Source of the DNA: Macrostomum lignano
Taxonomy: Eukaryota
Direction of reading: 5' to 3'
Assembly (NCBI GenBank): GCA_002269645.1
Contig: NIVC01003925.1
Span: forward strand, 1-41,517
DNA: 41,517 nucleotides
Below are positions 18,901 to 30,159 of the stretch, one piece after another (position 1 is the first letter of the stretch; every line of letters begins with the position of its first letter). A program made the position numbers and the translations under genes. The notes beneath the pieces are model-generated. The model ran no database searches. It saw nothing but the letters and a program-made list of their open reading frames with translations, and had not been told where the DNA came from.

Positions 18901-21900
18901 GTCAGTTAGCGGAATGGGTGACCGCGCCTTCCCACTGTGTCCCCTCCGGGACAGACCTGAAGCTAAGGAGGCTCAGTCAAAGTAGTCCCATTTTGTTTTC
19001 TTGTTGTGCTCTCAACCCGCCCAGCCCTTTGCAATGTACCCCCGGCGCAGGCTCAGCCAGTTAGCGCTCTCTGATTGGCTGCGAGATTGACAGCCAAAAA
19101 GTGATGAAGTCGGATGCCAGAAAGTTTAAATTGGTTGCAGATGTTTGAAACTGAAAGTGAAAAGGTGTTGACGGTCTCTTACTGCAGTCTGCTGCAATAC
19201 TGGTCCAAACTCAGTCAAATAAATAAACATCGGAAAGGCCACCAGTACGTAACGGCTCCGGGCTTCAGCCACTATTGTCAGGTACGTTAAGTGCGATCTT
19301 TTGCATTCCTTTTCCGGTTGCCTAACGACTGTGAAGAGTCGTGTGTCTTGCCTGCCGACTCAGCTAGGTTAGAGGAAGACATTAGTACGGTACATACTGT
19401 ATCGCACGCCAACCTGTGCGTCCTTAAGCCCTGCTGAAGGTAATTGGCACTCCAGTGCCCTGACGCGGGTGACAGTCACGTGGATGCACCCCGATGCTGC
19501 AGATGCTGCGTAATTGTGAACACTCGCGTCCTGACGCAGGCGAGACCCGTACAACAGAGGTGTGTCCTGCGCCCTTCCACCACCCCACCCTACAGACTGG
19601 GTAGGCTAGGGATTAGGGGATACAACAATTCAATGAACTAAAGCTTTCAATGAGCCCCTGATTGATATGTTGAAATTAAGCTCACCGGTAGCCCTATCGA
19701 ACATAATCCTTCGCATGATGTTCCGGATCCTCCAAATGCCGTAGATTTTATTGCACAGCTCACGGATCTCGCTGCCAGCAGCTGCCGATGACATTCTGTA
19801 GCAGCACCTGGTTGACACCAGGTGACGGCAGTTCTCAAGCTTGCAGGCCCGAGAAAAATAAGACCAACAACGACTGAACCTCTGAGCGCACTGGTAGGTG
19901 GTGTTGCGGAAGCACATCCGGATGCTGCCACCGGAGCACTCAAACTCGTACGGAATGTACCGCCTGTCAAGGACTGCTGTGCGAAAATCGAATGGACAGT
20001 CGAAGCAGCCGGGGAACGGGCTGACAGAAACCTTGGCCCTGGCTGCTGCGATCCACCTGCTGCACTTTGTTGAATCGCTGGTCTGTTGATACCAGCTGCT
20101 GAGCTGCATCACGTGGCGTCCGGGTCTTCCCGAGCTTCCGGGGCTCAGGTTGGGCAGCTCAGGCCAGTCTGGGCGCAGGCTGAACGGCAGCTCCTTTCGA
20201 ACAATAACGTTATCCGTGAATCCTGAGAATGCTATCAGGTCCCACTTTTGAGAGCTCGAGTTGAAGATTCTCGGCACAGGCAGGCGGAAGTCACCGTAGT
20301 TGAAGATGGCGTATGAGTGAGTCTCGTTGCGTGTTACAACTGCTTGGAACTCGATGCTCTGAAATTGCATGTGGCACGCATTGTATCCCAAGAAATAGCA
20401 GAAAATCATGATTTAAGGTCAGATTCCTAAAAGCGAAAGAACTTGTACTACGAGCTAATTTGTTGTTTCGTTTGGACTTCCATGCACGGTACTTTGATTT
20501 TAATTACCCAACACCGCTAAGTCTTAGCATTCCCGGGTGTCAGATCTTCATAAAAGAAATAACTCTCTGCTTTGCAATGAAATAACTATTAAAGCCTGTA
20601 CTTAGACTAGATATTATCAGCGACTATAAACAGGTTGCAGGTACGTAGGTAGCATTAAAAAGTGCATGCACAACTTTTGACCTTAGGAAAAAACATTCGG
20701 ATATTTTAGTACTCTTTCCTTTTTAAGACAGAGTCAATGAAAAAGAGGAAGTAAGTTTTAAACTACAGATTTTTAGGAAATTTTGCGTCGATTGTTGCCG
20801 GTATAACATTTAAGTTGCAAGAATTCTAGGAGATGCGTTAAAAAGCCATAAGTCCTGTGTCGGCCTTAGTAACTACGATATATTTGCATCTGTCAGTTAT
20901 CGCCAGCAAGTTAAAGCAGGTGCAAAGTGTAAAGTGCAAAGTGCCAGCAAGTGCTAATTATGGTCGTTAGAAAAAGCTCTGTTACATAGGAGATATTTCC
21001 CCACTTACAGCATTCGCCATGGCTCGAGAACACAGGCCCTGGCAGAGGTCTACATAGCCGTTCGTCTGTCTCCAAATTAGCGAAGAGTTACATTTCGAAA
21101 GGCAGTGGAATTGATCCGAATAGCTCTGTGACGGCAGTGACGGCGTCAGGATGCGCCAAGTCACGATGAGCGCTGTCAGAGGGTTGAACTCGGATTGAAT
21201 CTCCTGCTCAATGATCTGCTTGACCGCGCGCCAGTTCGAGCTGGAGCTGTGGTTTCTCGAATTCAGCAGCTCGTAGTCCCTTGGCTTTGGAGTCCAATCT
21301 CCTCGAAAAACGTAGTAGTTACGAGGATAAACGAACCAGTAAGGCGCCACGACGGCTCCAGGAAAGTTGATTATCATTTTTGTGCGGTTGTATGGTAAAT
21401 AAATTGTTTTAGCAGCAGAGAAACTGATAGCGCCGTAGCGACCGACCTAGGGTGATGATATATTTTTAAATTCCAAGTTAAAAAGGAGAATTTAAGCATA
21501 ATGTACGAGTTGATATAAGCTGATTTCCCCTCAATTCGTAGAAAAAAACTGTCAATTCGAAGTTACAGCTCACCTTTTACAAAGTGAGATATTGCAGAAC
21601 AGGACTTACTCGACAAAACAAACTTTCCTGGCTGCCGATCAGAAATGGAACGACAAGTGGTGCCTCAACGACTTGATCATTAGACCAGCTACGGGTTGCA
21701 TTTACTGTTGATAGAAGCATCTGAGCTGAAAAATGAATCCGGGATTAAGACAACTGGAGTGACTTCAGCTAAATTATGAATAAAATACGAATATATCATG
21801 TCAACTCACGATAGCAGACAGTCCCGTTGCCATAGTAACCCGGCTTGCAAATGCAATCAAATGAGCCGATCAGGTTCATGCAGTCAGCATGGGCATCGCA

Positions 21901-24246
21901 TTTGGAGCTGCTGCGACACTCGTCAACGTCTTTAATTGGGTTCAGTTTATGGATGATCTCATACAAGTATTCAAGGAGTCAGAAATTTATTGACAAGTTA
22001 CCAAAATAAAAAATTAAATTTACCAGTGCAATTAATTTTTCTGTTGCCTTGAAATCCATTGATGCAGGTGCAATTGTATGACTCTAGCGTGTCCGTGCAG
22101 GTAGCGTACAGACCACAGGGCTTCGAATCGCATTTGTTCCCTGTCGCGTCGTTTAATTAAGAGTTCAAACTAAGTAGCACGATGATTTAGCAGAATAAAT
22201 GATGTTTCAGTTTCGATACATTATTCATAAACGATGCTAACACAAACGACGCTCAATACATAATTATTAACGCATTGGAGTGGGGGGGGGGCCGCACCGG
22301 GAACGAAATCGGGGTGGTGGGTACACTGGATGTACAGTCAATATTTCAATAGTCAATCAGCTAGTTACTTAGTCATAAGTGCAGCGGCAGAATCCACCGC
22401 TGCCTCATTCTCGTCTGCGATGGTTGTAGCATCAGATACGGATAACGAAACAAAGGAAAACAGGTCATCTATTGAGTCTATATAAACGTTAATCAGACCT
22501 CACCCATCACTCAACTAAACACACACATCAGATTTATAAGAAAAAACACATCAGACCCACAAGAACACACATACACACACACGTCATATCTATAAGAACA
22601 TAAGAACACACACATCAGATCCAGAAGTACATTGAAATTTGATCGGAAAGTTTTTTCATCCTAACTTGGTATACAATTGTAGCGTTTAACAATAAGAGAC
22701 TAACACAGAAAGCCGCAACTAATTGAGCAAGTAAGAAGAACCGACGGATAAACGTGGCTCTTTAAACTGCTAACCATCTTTTAAAAAGTAGCTCAGTTAA
22801 AAGGAGCGCAGTTAAGCTCAGTTAAAAAGTATGTCACTCTGAGCAATAGACCAGAAGGTCCCCGGAACACCGAATACTTGTAGTTTAGAGCTAGACGTCA
22901 AAATGTTGTAATCCAGAAAATAAAAAAGATTATCTATTATTTCTTGGAAACCGATGATTTGATCAACAGAGCTACAAATGCTTCATTCAGCATGTAGCAG
23001 CCCGTAGCCGAAGGAGGTCAAGCGGGTCCGCGACCCCTCAGAAGTTTTGGCGCCACTTTACAGCAGGTAGATCTGGGAGCACGAGAAATGCCCGCAGACG
23101 AATGGCCCGCCGAGATTTGCCCGCAGTGCTTTTTTCCTGCAGCGCATTTGACAGCTAGATTCTGTCTGCATTGCCCCCGCCCCAAAAAATATACATTTGA
23201 TATGCAGTTACTATCAAAACGTTTTGATCGTGTAAATATTTTTATTAAGACTTACAAAGCATTGGGGAGGCAATGCAGACAAAATCTGCCGCGTGGTCAA
23301 ATGCGCTGCAGGAAAAAAACATTGCGGCCAAATCTCGGCGAGCAAATCTCCACGGGCAATAACTCACGGGCAAAATGCACTGCGGGCAAATCTCGGCGGG
23401 AAAAGCTCGGCGGGCAAATCTCGAGGGGCAATCTCCCGCGGGCAAATCTCGGCCGGAAATTCTCATGGACCCGGCGCCCCTTGGTGATAAAGCCCCTTGG
23501 TGCTGGCGCCCCTTGGTGATAAAGCCCCTTGGTGCTGGCGCCCCTTGGTGATAAAGCCCTTTGGTGCTGGCGCCCCTTGGTGCTGGCGCCCCTTGGTGAT
23601 AAAGCCCTTTGGTGCTGGCGCCCCTTGGTGATAAAGCCCCTTGGTGCTGGCGCCCCTTGGTGCTGGCGCCCCTTGGTGCTAAAGCCCTTTGGTGCTGGCG
23701 CCCCTTGATGATAAAGCCCCTTGGTGCTGGCGCCCCTTGGTGATAAAGCCCTTTGGTGCTGGCGCCCCTTGGTGATAAAGCCCCTTGGTGCTGGCGCCCC
23801 TTGGTGCTGGCGCCCCTTGGTGCTGGCGCCCCTTGGTGCTGGCGCCCCTTGGTGCTAAAGCCCTTTGGTGCTGGCGCCCCTTGATGATAAAGCCCCTTGG
23901 TGCTGGCGCCCCTTTGTGCTAAAGCCCCTTGGTGCTAAAGCCCTTTGGTGCTAAAGCCCCTTGGTGCTAAAGCCCTTTGGTGCTAAAGCTCCTTGGTGCC
24001 AAAGCCCCTTGGTCTTGGCTAGGCAAGGCGTTTCAATGATGGCGTCCCAATAAACCTATCCTTAGGCTACTTTTCTCTGCAAACTCGGGTTTTGGTTCTG
24101 CTTCTAGGCGCGTCCTTGGAAACAGTAGAAAGAGATTTTCACCTACCAGTCTTACAGTCGCTCCCAGTCCCTCCGGGGTCGCAAGCGCCAGAGACTCCAA
24201 TCCAGGCAAGCAGAAGAAGACAAATCTTCTTTGAGTCGAATTTCAT
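15348..24246 (-). CDS. Host multi-exon secreted/ECM gene: SP-EGF-cbEGF-NIDO-AMOP-VWD (MUC4/SUSD2/Mesh-like), 3'-truncated
   Basis: Phase-compatible GT-AG exons: 24147-24246, 22024-22140, 21810-21929, 21610-21725, 21009-21446, 19686-20358, 19398-19589 and 15348-15998. Extra exons in the long introns cannot be excluded. Confidence 0.85.
16017..17574. repeat. 27-bp minisatellite (GATGCTTAGTTGCT[C/T]AGGTTTTGGT[TT/TA/AT/GT]), ~57 copies, intronic
   Basis: The 9-codon period is visible in the spurious ORFs (MLSCSGFGL)n. Confidence 0.97.
17740..17830 (+). pseudogene. Possible relic of an RTE-type LINE C-terminus
   Basis: RQLSRFFGHII resembles RQLRWFGHV; short match only. Confidence 0.3.
18230..18525. 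repeat. Cluster of GGAGATC/GATCTCC/GGAGACC motifs in both orientations; DNA-transposon subterminal-like
   Basis: More than 10 copies within ~300 bp; no partner end found in the window. Confidence 0.5.
19398..19589 (-). CDS. Exon 7 (tentative): AMOP C-terminal end
   Basis: Open phase 1-1 frame of 64 codons with TGTAG acceptor and GTATGT donor; weak motif match. Confidence 0.55.
19686..20358 (-). CDS. Exon 6: NIDO C-terminal half (FQAVV..ETHSYAIFNY...SSGRPGR) plus AMOP (C..W...CP...DRRY...CCY)
   Basis: TTTCAG acceptor, GTGAGC donor; lies within ORF 19630-20409. Confidence 0.85.
21009..21446 (-). CDS. Exon 5: NIDO N-terminal half (VGRYGAISF...VVAPYW...EFNPLTALIVTW)
   Basis: Matches the NIDO NG.ISF / IAPFW / F.P...I.TW pattern; TAG acceptor, GTAAGT donor, 146 codons. 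Confidence 0.85.
21610..21725 (-). CDS. Exon 4: pre-NIDO segment (...VVEAPLVVPFLIGSQESLFCR)
   Basis: TTTTTCAG acceptor, GTAAGT donor, phase 1-0; splices into VGRYGAISF of the next exon. Confidence 0.8.
21810..21929 (-). CDS. Exon 3: calcium-binding EGF (DVDECRSSSKCDAHADCMNLIGSFDCICKPGYYGNGTVC)
   Basis: DVDEC consensus, phase 1-1, GTGAGT donor. Confidence 0.92.
22024..22140 (-). CDS. Exon 2: EGF domain (CDSKPCGLYATCTDTLESYNCTCINGFQGNRKINCT)
   Basis: Six-Cys EGF spacing, phase 1-1, CAG acceptor and GTAAAT donor. Not in the ORF track. Confidence 0.88.
23076..23471. mobile_element. Non-autonomous foldback/MITE-like element with long inverted arms
   Basis: Arms 23105-23183 and 23264-23342 are near reverse complements around an AT-rich spacer. 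GCGGGCAAATCTC subrepeats; weak outer TIR similarity; no TSD seen. Confidence 0.7.
23473..24013. repeat. 16-bp minisatellite with two unit types (GGC- or AAA-GCCC[C/T]TTGGTG[C/A]T), ~34 copies
   Basis: Direct inspection. Confidence 0.95.
24147..24246 (-). CDS. Exon 1: signal peptide MKFDSKKICLLLLAWIGVSGA-CDPGGTGSDCKT
   Basis: ATG at 24246, basic-hydrophobic-small-residue signal pattern, phase-1 donor G|GTAGGT. Confidence 0.65.
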
Positions 24247-25309
24247 ATCGAATTGTAAAAAAATCTGCTTGATTTTTGCCAGAATTGAAGCAGAAGAAAC
24301 CTGCCAGTCTTTGCCGGCTTTCAATTTGGTCTTTTTAATAGTATGTCAGTCCCAAATTTTCTATGTGAACACATGGGACACTTCGTACATTTCCTCTCTC
24401 CCCTCTTGCCTCTTGTTTTGCCACGCGAAATTCTAAATTTAGAAGCTGCCCAAATAAAATTGGGTCACCTGGACAATACAAGCTTTACAATGAAATGTAG
24501 CCGGTTGTGTTTACAAGCCATAGAAAGTTCTGGAACACTTTTACAGCTTTTGGCTTTGACAGGCTGAAAGTTTGTAGTCTTTGGCTTGAGTCTGGGTGGC
24601 GAAGCTTTCTCACGTGATTTCCAGCATGTTTTGCCCTGCTTTTTCAGTGCGATAGTGCCATTGGCACTTAGAATAGGCTTTTGTGGAATAGTCCTCCTCT
24701 TGGGACGCTAGGATTCGCGCGACTTCTACTTTTACTTGAGATAGTAGAAAATGTAGCGAAATTTCGTTTTTTAGTTTCTTTACAAACTTTTGCGTTTAGA
24801 GGCTTTGTGATTTCTGTCAAGGCCCAAGGGACTTTAGATGCTTTTAGGTTGTTCATAAAAACAATGAAATCTTTTTACGTGAATGTACGTATTAGTTTAT
24901 TGGCAACTTTTATGCTTAAAGATTAATCTACATCTTCGATTTGGGTTTCCTGTAATGTGTCAACGGTCAGCCAAGGAATACTAAAGTAGGACGCGACAGT
25001 CGTGATCATAGAAAAAAGCACACGGTATATTATATTTAAAGTTAGGTGAAAAGATTTTTATCAAATCAACATACATTCATGTAGCTAGAAAATATCATGA
25101 TAATATTGCTTGAATTTATTTAGTTATGCTATGCTGCTACATTTACAGAAGTCTTTGGCATCAAGCTTTGCATGTTTATAGGCAGATTGGGGTCATATGA
25201 TCGCATTATGGTGTTTTTGGAAATTGATTGTTGTGTCTTCTGGTCATTTCTGCTAATGCCTCACATTTTCTGCTTCAGATGAACCAGTGGTGCTGTCACG
25301 TCGGAGAAA

Positions 25310-26290
25310 TTCTTGATAAAGCGGGCACAAAAGGTCACCAGCCTGAGTCAGGACTTCAGCTCCACTAAATTCTTAGGCGTTGACATACTCTGGCTTCAAC
25401 CTGGCCCTCATTCAAGTATATGTTGCCGCCGTCCAACACTAACCTCAAGAAATTCACTGGGGTCTTGTTCCGCTGACACTTCTGAAAGATCACGTTTAGA
25501 TCTTCCCTTTCCAGCCTCAGAAAAAACATCTCTCTCGCGATCCAAGCTCCACTTCATTCATACCATCGAAGAGGATGTCATCAACATACTACTATGACTT
25601 GTACATCTTGGATGAATTGCCATATGTATCTCCGGGCGGTTTTAATTCCAAAAACTACAATAGTTGGTTATAGCTCGTACTAGTAATTTCCGAAAGGCAT
25701 GCTCATCATTTTCAGCGACTTGGACTCCTCATCGAGTACCATCTGGTTACATGCATGTATGTTAAAATCTAGAATGCTGTATCAAGTACAACCTGCCACT
25801 GTAGAAAGCACTTTTTTCAATTGTGGCCCTGGGTGTCGGACGCGAATCCTGCATCAGCTGACGATTAGGGTTGGCTTTCAGTTCACACACAGTATGATTC
25901 CAGCCGATGGTTTCGCGGCAACCAGAATGGGAGACGGCCATAAGGAGAACCTGACTGGGTCGGTGATTTTTCATTCAGCAGTCTGTCCAGCTCCAGTTCA
26001 CTGCATCAGTTGCCGAGCAAACGGAAGCGATCTTGCGAATACTTTGGTCTGGCGTCCTTATTTTCAATTCGAGGTACGCCTTCAACGATGCGGTGGCACT
26101 GTTGACTGCGCTGATGCTGTCCTCAGTACTAACTTGAACACAGAGGACATCTCTGCCAAGAAGGGCATGCAACTTGTCGCCTTGAATATTGAGGAACCCC
26201 GAACCCCACAGCGATGACTTTTGCGCGCATTTCTCACCTCTTCTACAATGAGCTCAGCTTCAAACTCTCTCTGTTTTCTAATTGCTTTCA
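25310..26290 (-). pseudogene. Heavily decayed Ty3/Gypsy RT
   Basis: Minus-strand manual translation: DPVRFSLWPSPILVAAKPSAGIILCVN*K, YSILDF, LDEESK...PFG and YVDDIL, with many stops and shifts. Confidence 0.75.
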
Positions 26291-28772
26291 ATAGGGCACC
26301 AAAAATGTATGGGAGGTTGCCAAATATTTCGGGCGGCTGCCTTGCCCCTTTAGACTACGAGCGTACACTCTGTTTGGCTTCCTTTTAACGCCATTGGGGA
26401 GTGATACGTCCCCTGGCTACGCTAGACTAATGACATTGCCGATTACGACCAAAATGTCTTTAGATAATTTAGTATTATATGATTTTTGCAAGATTTTGTA
26501 TACGATAAAGATACTGCATAATAAAGCTCGTTTATCTTATCTTCAAGGTCAATGATCCTTGCAATGGGTACCTTGCGAACCCACGACTCGAGTCGCGAGA
26601 GCAGCTTTGCAAAATACCGAACGTCCTCAGGCGTTCGGCAATCAGATTGTTCATGACGAAGAAAGTGTCTTTTTTCTTAGACTGGTTAAAGCTGATAATT
26701 TTTAGACACTCTCTAGCACTCGATCAAGATGGGTTGTATTCACAATCTCCCTGACGCACGGGTCGTTCATTGCTGCTGCTGACGCCTGACACGCTGCTTG
26801 TGATTGCTGAGAGCTGGGCTCGACAATTCTGACAACTGTTGCAGATTCAGACGATTTAGCGCGTCCAGCCGCGATTTATGCTTTTGTGCTTTTTATTGGG
26901 CACTCGATTGCTGCGGTCACTGCGTTCACTGCTTTCTTGCCAGCACTCAAAGACCTTTGCTGCTGCTGCTTTGATCTAGTAGTCGCAGAAACCTCCAGAA
27001 AACCGCCATTTGTGTCTTTGTTCTCGTCTCTGCTTTTCCGTGACAATGGCGCGAGGTTGCATCGATGAGCCAGAGTCGTAGCCACTTTGTCGAACAGCGC
27101 TTTGGTTTTCTAAATTTTCAGACTAGCATAAACCAATTTTAGGTAATCGGCAGTTGAAAACTTGAGAAAAAATGTAAAAAGCATGTACATGTACATATTT
27201 ACTGATCCCTACACCGCACTGAAAACAAGCTGATAGAAAAAAAAACTCTTACCTGACATCCAAAGCACCTTTACTAACTGCTGGCTTCCGTAATACTCGA
27301 TGCTGAGTTGTTCACCGACAGCAGATGGCGCACCTTTCCATGATACAATATCAATAAGGCCATCGGTATCAGAGTACGAGAAGCCACCAAGATACTTTTC
27401 GTGCCTTAATTGTTCGAATACGATGTTCGTCGATGCTCATGATTATGTAATAAAAATCAAATTACTGTGTAAGAACAAGCGAATACGAGAAATAGGCTTA
27501 GGCGTAGACCGACTCTTGGCTGCCCAGGGCGCCAAGGCACTCATATATTATGATTGTACAGCGAACAAATGTACATACGGGCTAGTAAACTTGCGCACAT
27601 GCAATCAACTAATCAAACCATCTTACACTGCAATCTTCTATATACTAAAAATGAACCTCGTTAGTTGACAGACTTCACAAATTCATACTTTTAACGATTT
27701 TCGCAAATTCAGGCAACGGGGATGATTTTTTAAAATAAAAATAATAACTTCTCATTTAATGTAAGTGTTTTTTGTGCGCTAACTCTTTTGAATTTCAAAG
27801 GTTCTTAGAGAAAAAAAATGAATTATTGATGAGGGTGCTTTTGCGGAATATTCACAAAAACGTGAAATTTAACAAAATTTGCTAAGAAAATAATGAAGCC
27901 GTAATGTATTTTTTTATTAAAACTTAATTTATGAAAATAAAATGAGTTTTGAAAATTTGTTCGCACCATTTTTTAATTTTTAATTAGGTCCTTGAAGCAA
28001 CCATGTGATTCTTCATCATGTGATGTGACCTTGTGATTTTTGCTTTGCTTTCATCACTTGCATTTTTGCATTAGGGCTTAGCGGTAGACCTAGCATCAGC
28101 TCTTTTGCCATATAGCCAGGTAGAAAATGTCTATTGCCTTTTTTCTAATCCATTAGAGAAATAGGAAATAAATAACCTACACTTTGGAATTTGGATAAGC
28201 TAGCTTTTTATTACAATTATTGTGAGTTATTGCCAATATTGGCCATTCCATTGTCTAGCCTATGCATTGTCTTGTCTACTACCCCTACTATTATACCAGA
28301 CCTACTAAATAATATCTTATGTTATGTCATTAGTTATTTGTCAATCGTTTGCTATTTAGTGTTTAGGCCTGTTGCTATGGTGTAAGACCAAGATGGCCAC
28401 ATCTGGGGTGGGGTCACAGAAAATGACAACTGGTTTACTATTGGATAGAATGGGGAGGGCAGATGTGGGGTTGCAAGGGGGGGGGTTAGACAGACAGTCA
28501 GAAAATTTTATTAGTAATTGGGTTAAAGACAAAAATGGTTACGGGTCTTAATTTCCTACTTACAGTAGGCACCTAAAAAGTTGTTAACATATTTCGTAAT
28601 AAACAAATCTCTATTTCTTCTTCATCTAAAACCAGTTATAGCTTCTCTTCTCTTATTGGTTGAGACTAATTTACTTGTTTAAAAGGGATAAAAACAGGGT
28701 AAATTTTATGCCTGTTTAAAATTTATCTGTTTCATTCACTGACAACAAACAGTCTAAGAACTCAGATACAAA

Positions 28773-30150
28773 ATGGCAGGCGCATATCCATGTGTGGTGT
28801 CTGCAGCCGGTTCTCGATGGACAAGAAGCAATTGAGTGTTCTCAATGCCTGAATTGGCAGCACCGTGCATGTGATAGTCGTGTCACAATGTCTCAGTATG
28901 CTGCAATGAGAAATGTCGGTGAGTTTTTCTGGCTTTGCAATCAGTGCAATAGACGGGGTCCTGCAGGTAACTTAGCAGTGTCCCAACCTGCAGAGGCTGC
29001 AGTGGTACAAGCCCCAAATGCTGGACCAGCAGCTGTACCTGCTGAAAATCCAGAACCAGTGCATCTGATTCCGGCACAAGCGGAAAATGTTCTTTACCAG
29101 TATGCAGATTTCAACGACCCTGATCCAGCTCTGGAAGAATCCATTCAAATTCCTCCAGCAGAGCTTGCACCGCCCGCAGCCCACCTCCCCAGCCCTTTGA
29201 GATTCTTACAGGTGCGGGATGCAGTCACGGAAAAGACCTTCTAGGGCAGTACGTCCAACGAGACCTTGGCCACCTGATGGATGCAAAAACGCGGCGAAAT
29301 GGCAACACGTACTATCGCTGCACTAAGCGTTTATCACTGCACTGTCATGGCTCCGCCGTTCGCCGGGCTGATGGAACCATAGAAGCCCTTGCCCCGCACA
29401 CATGCGATCCAGTAGATCGGCCAGCTCAGAAGAGAAAGGCAGCAAAGGAGGTAAAAGAGGGAGCAAAGCGCATGTTGTTTACTTCTGCTAGAATTATTGT
29501 GGAGGAGAAGGTAAGAGAATTTTCACCAGAAGTGCAGGAGGTGCTTAGTATTGAGTCATTAAGTCGCAATGCTAATTACAGTCGCAAAAAAGATCGCCCC
29601 ATGGAACCTGTTGACATACATTTCCAAGTTGATCCTAGACATGTACCTGCCCAGTTTCATTTGCAGGATGTAACAGTTCCTGAGACAAATCGATTTGATG
29701 GGCAGGTTGGTACCAGCAAAAGGCTGGTACCACTTGCCTTCTTTTTGATGAAGGTTGTCAAAAGATCGCCCCATGGAACCTGCTGACATACCTTTCCAAG
29801 TTGATCATAGACATGTACCTGCCCAGTTTCATTTGCAGGATGTGACAGTTCCTGAGACAAACGGGCGACACTTCGTCTTCATGACAACAACTCAGCGAGA
29901 AATATTATCATCCCGACGAATCTTGCAGTGCGACGGAACTTTTAGCATTGTCAAGGCAACTTTGAAACAGCTTTACAGTGTACACGGTGCAATTCGCTTT
30001 GATGGGCAGGAGAGGCAGGTACCACTTGCCTTCTTTTTGATGTCTGGTAAGGCTCAAGCTGATTATCAAGCCTGCTTTCGTTGCCTTTGGGAATCAACAG
30101 GTAATGCGCCAATCGATTTCACTTGTCAAGTCAATTTTCATTTGGAATAG
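28773..30150 (+). pseudogene. MULE/Mutator-like transposase with N-terminal PHD finger and FLYWCH-like Zn finger; frameshifted, mosaic, truncated
   Basis: PHD: C.VC...IECSQCLNWQHRAC...WLCNQC (needs one indel at ~28795). FLYWCH-like: YYRC.......C.G......HTC. MULE core: ILQCDGTF...QLYSVH...VPLAFFLM.GK.QADY..CF. Confidence 0.85.
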
Positions 30151-30159
30151 TGCCCTAGA

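Noticed and set aside
22370-22425. Possible extra exon starting DENE in intron 1
   Set aside because: It lacks the EGF cysteines and the nearest donor gives an incompatible phase.
24343-24930. Lys/Ser-rich short ORFs upstream of exon 1
   Set aside because: They are fragmented, with no recognisable motif or consistent splice signals.
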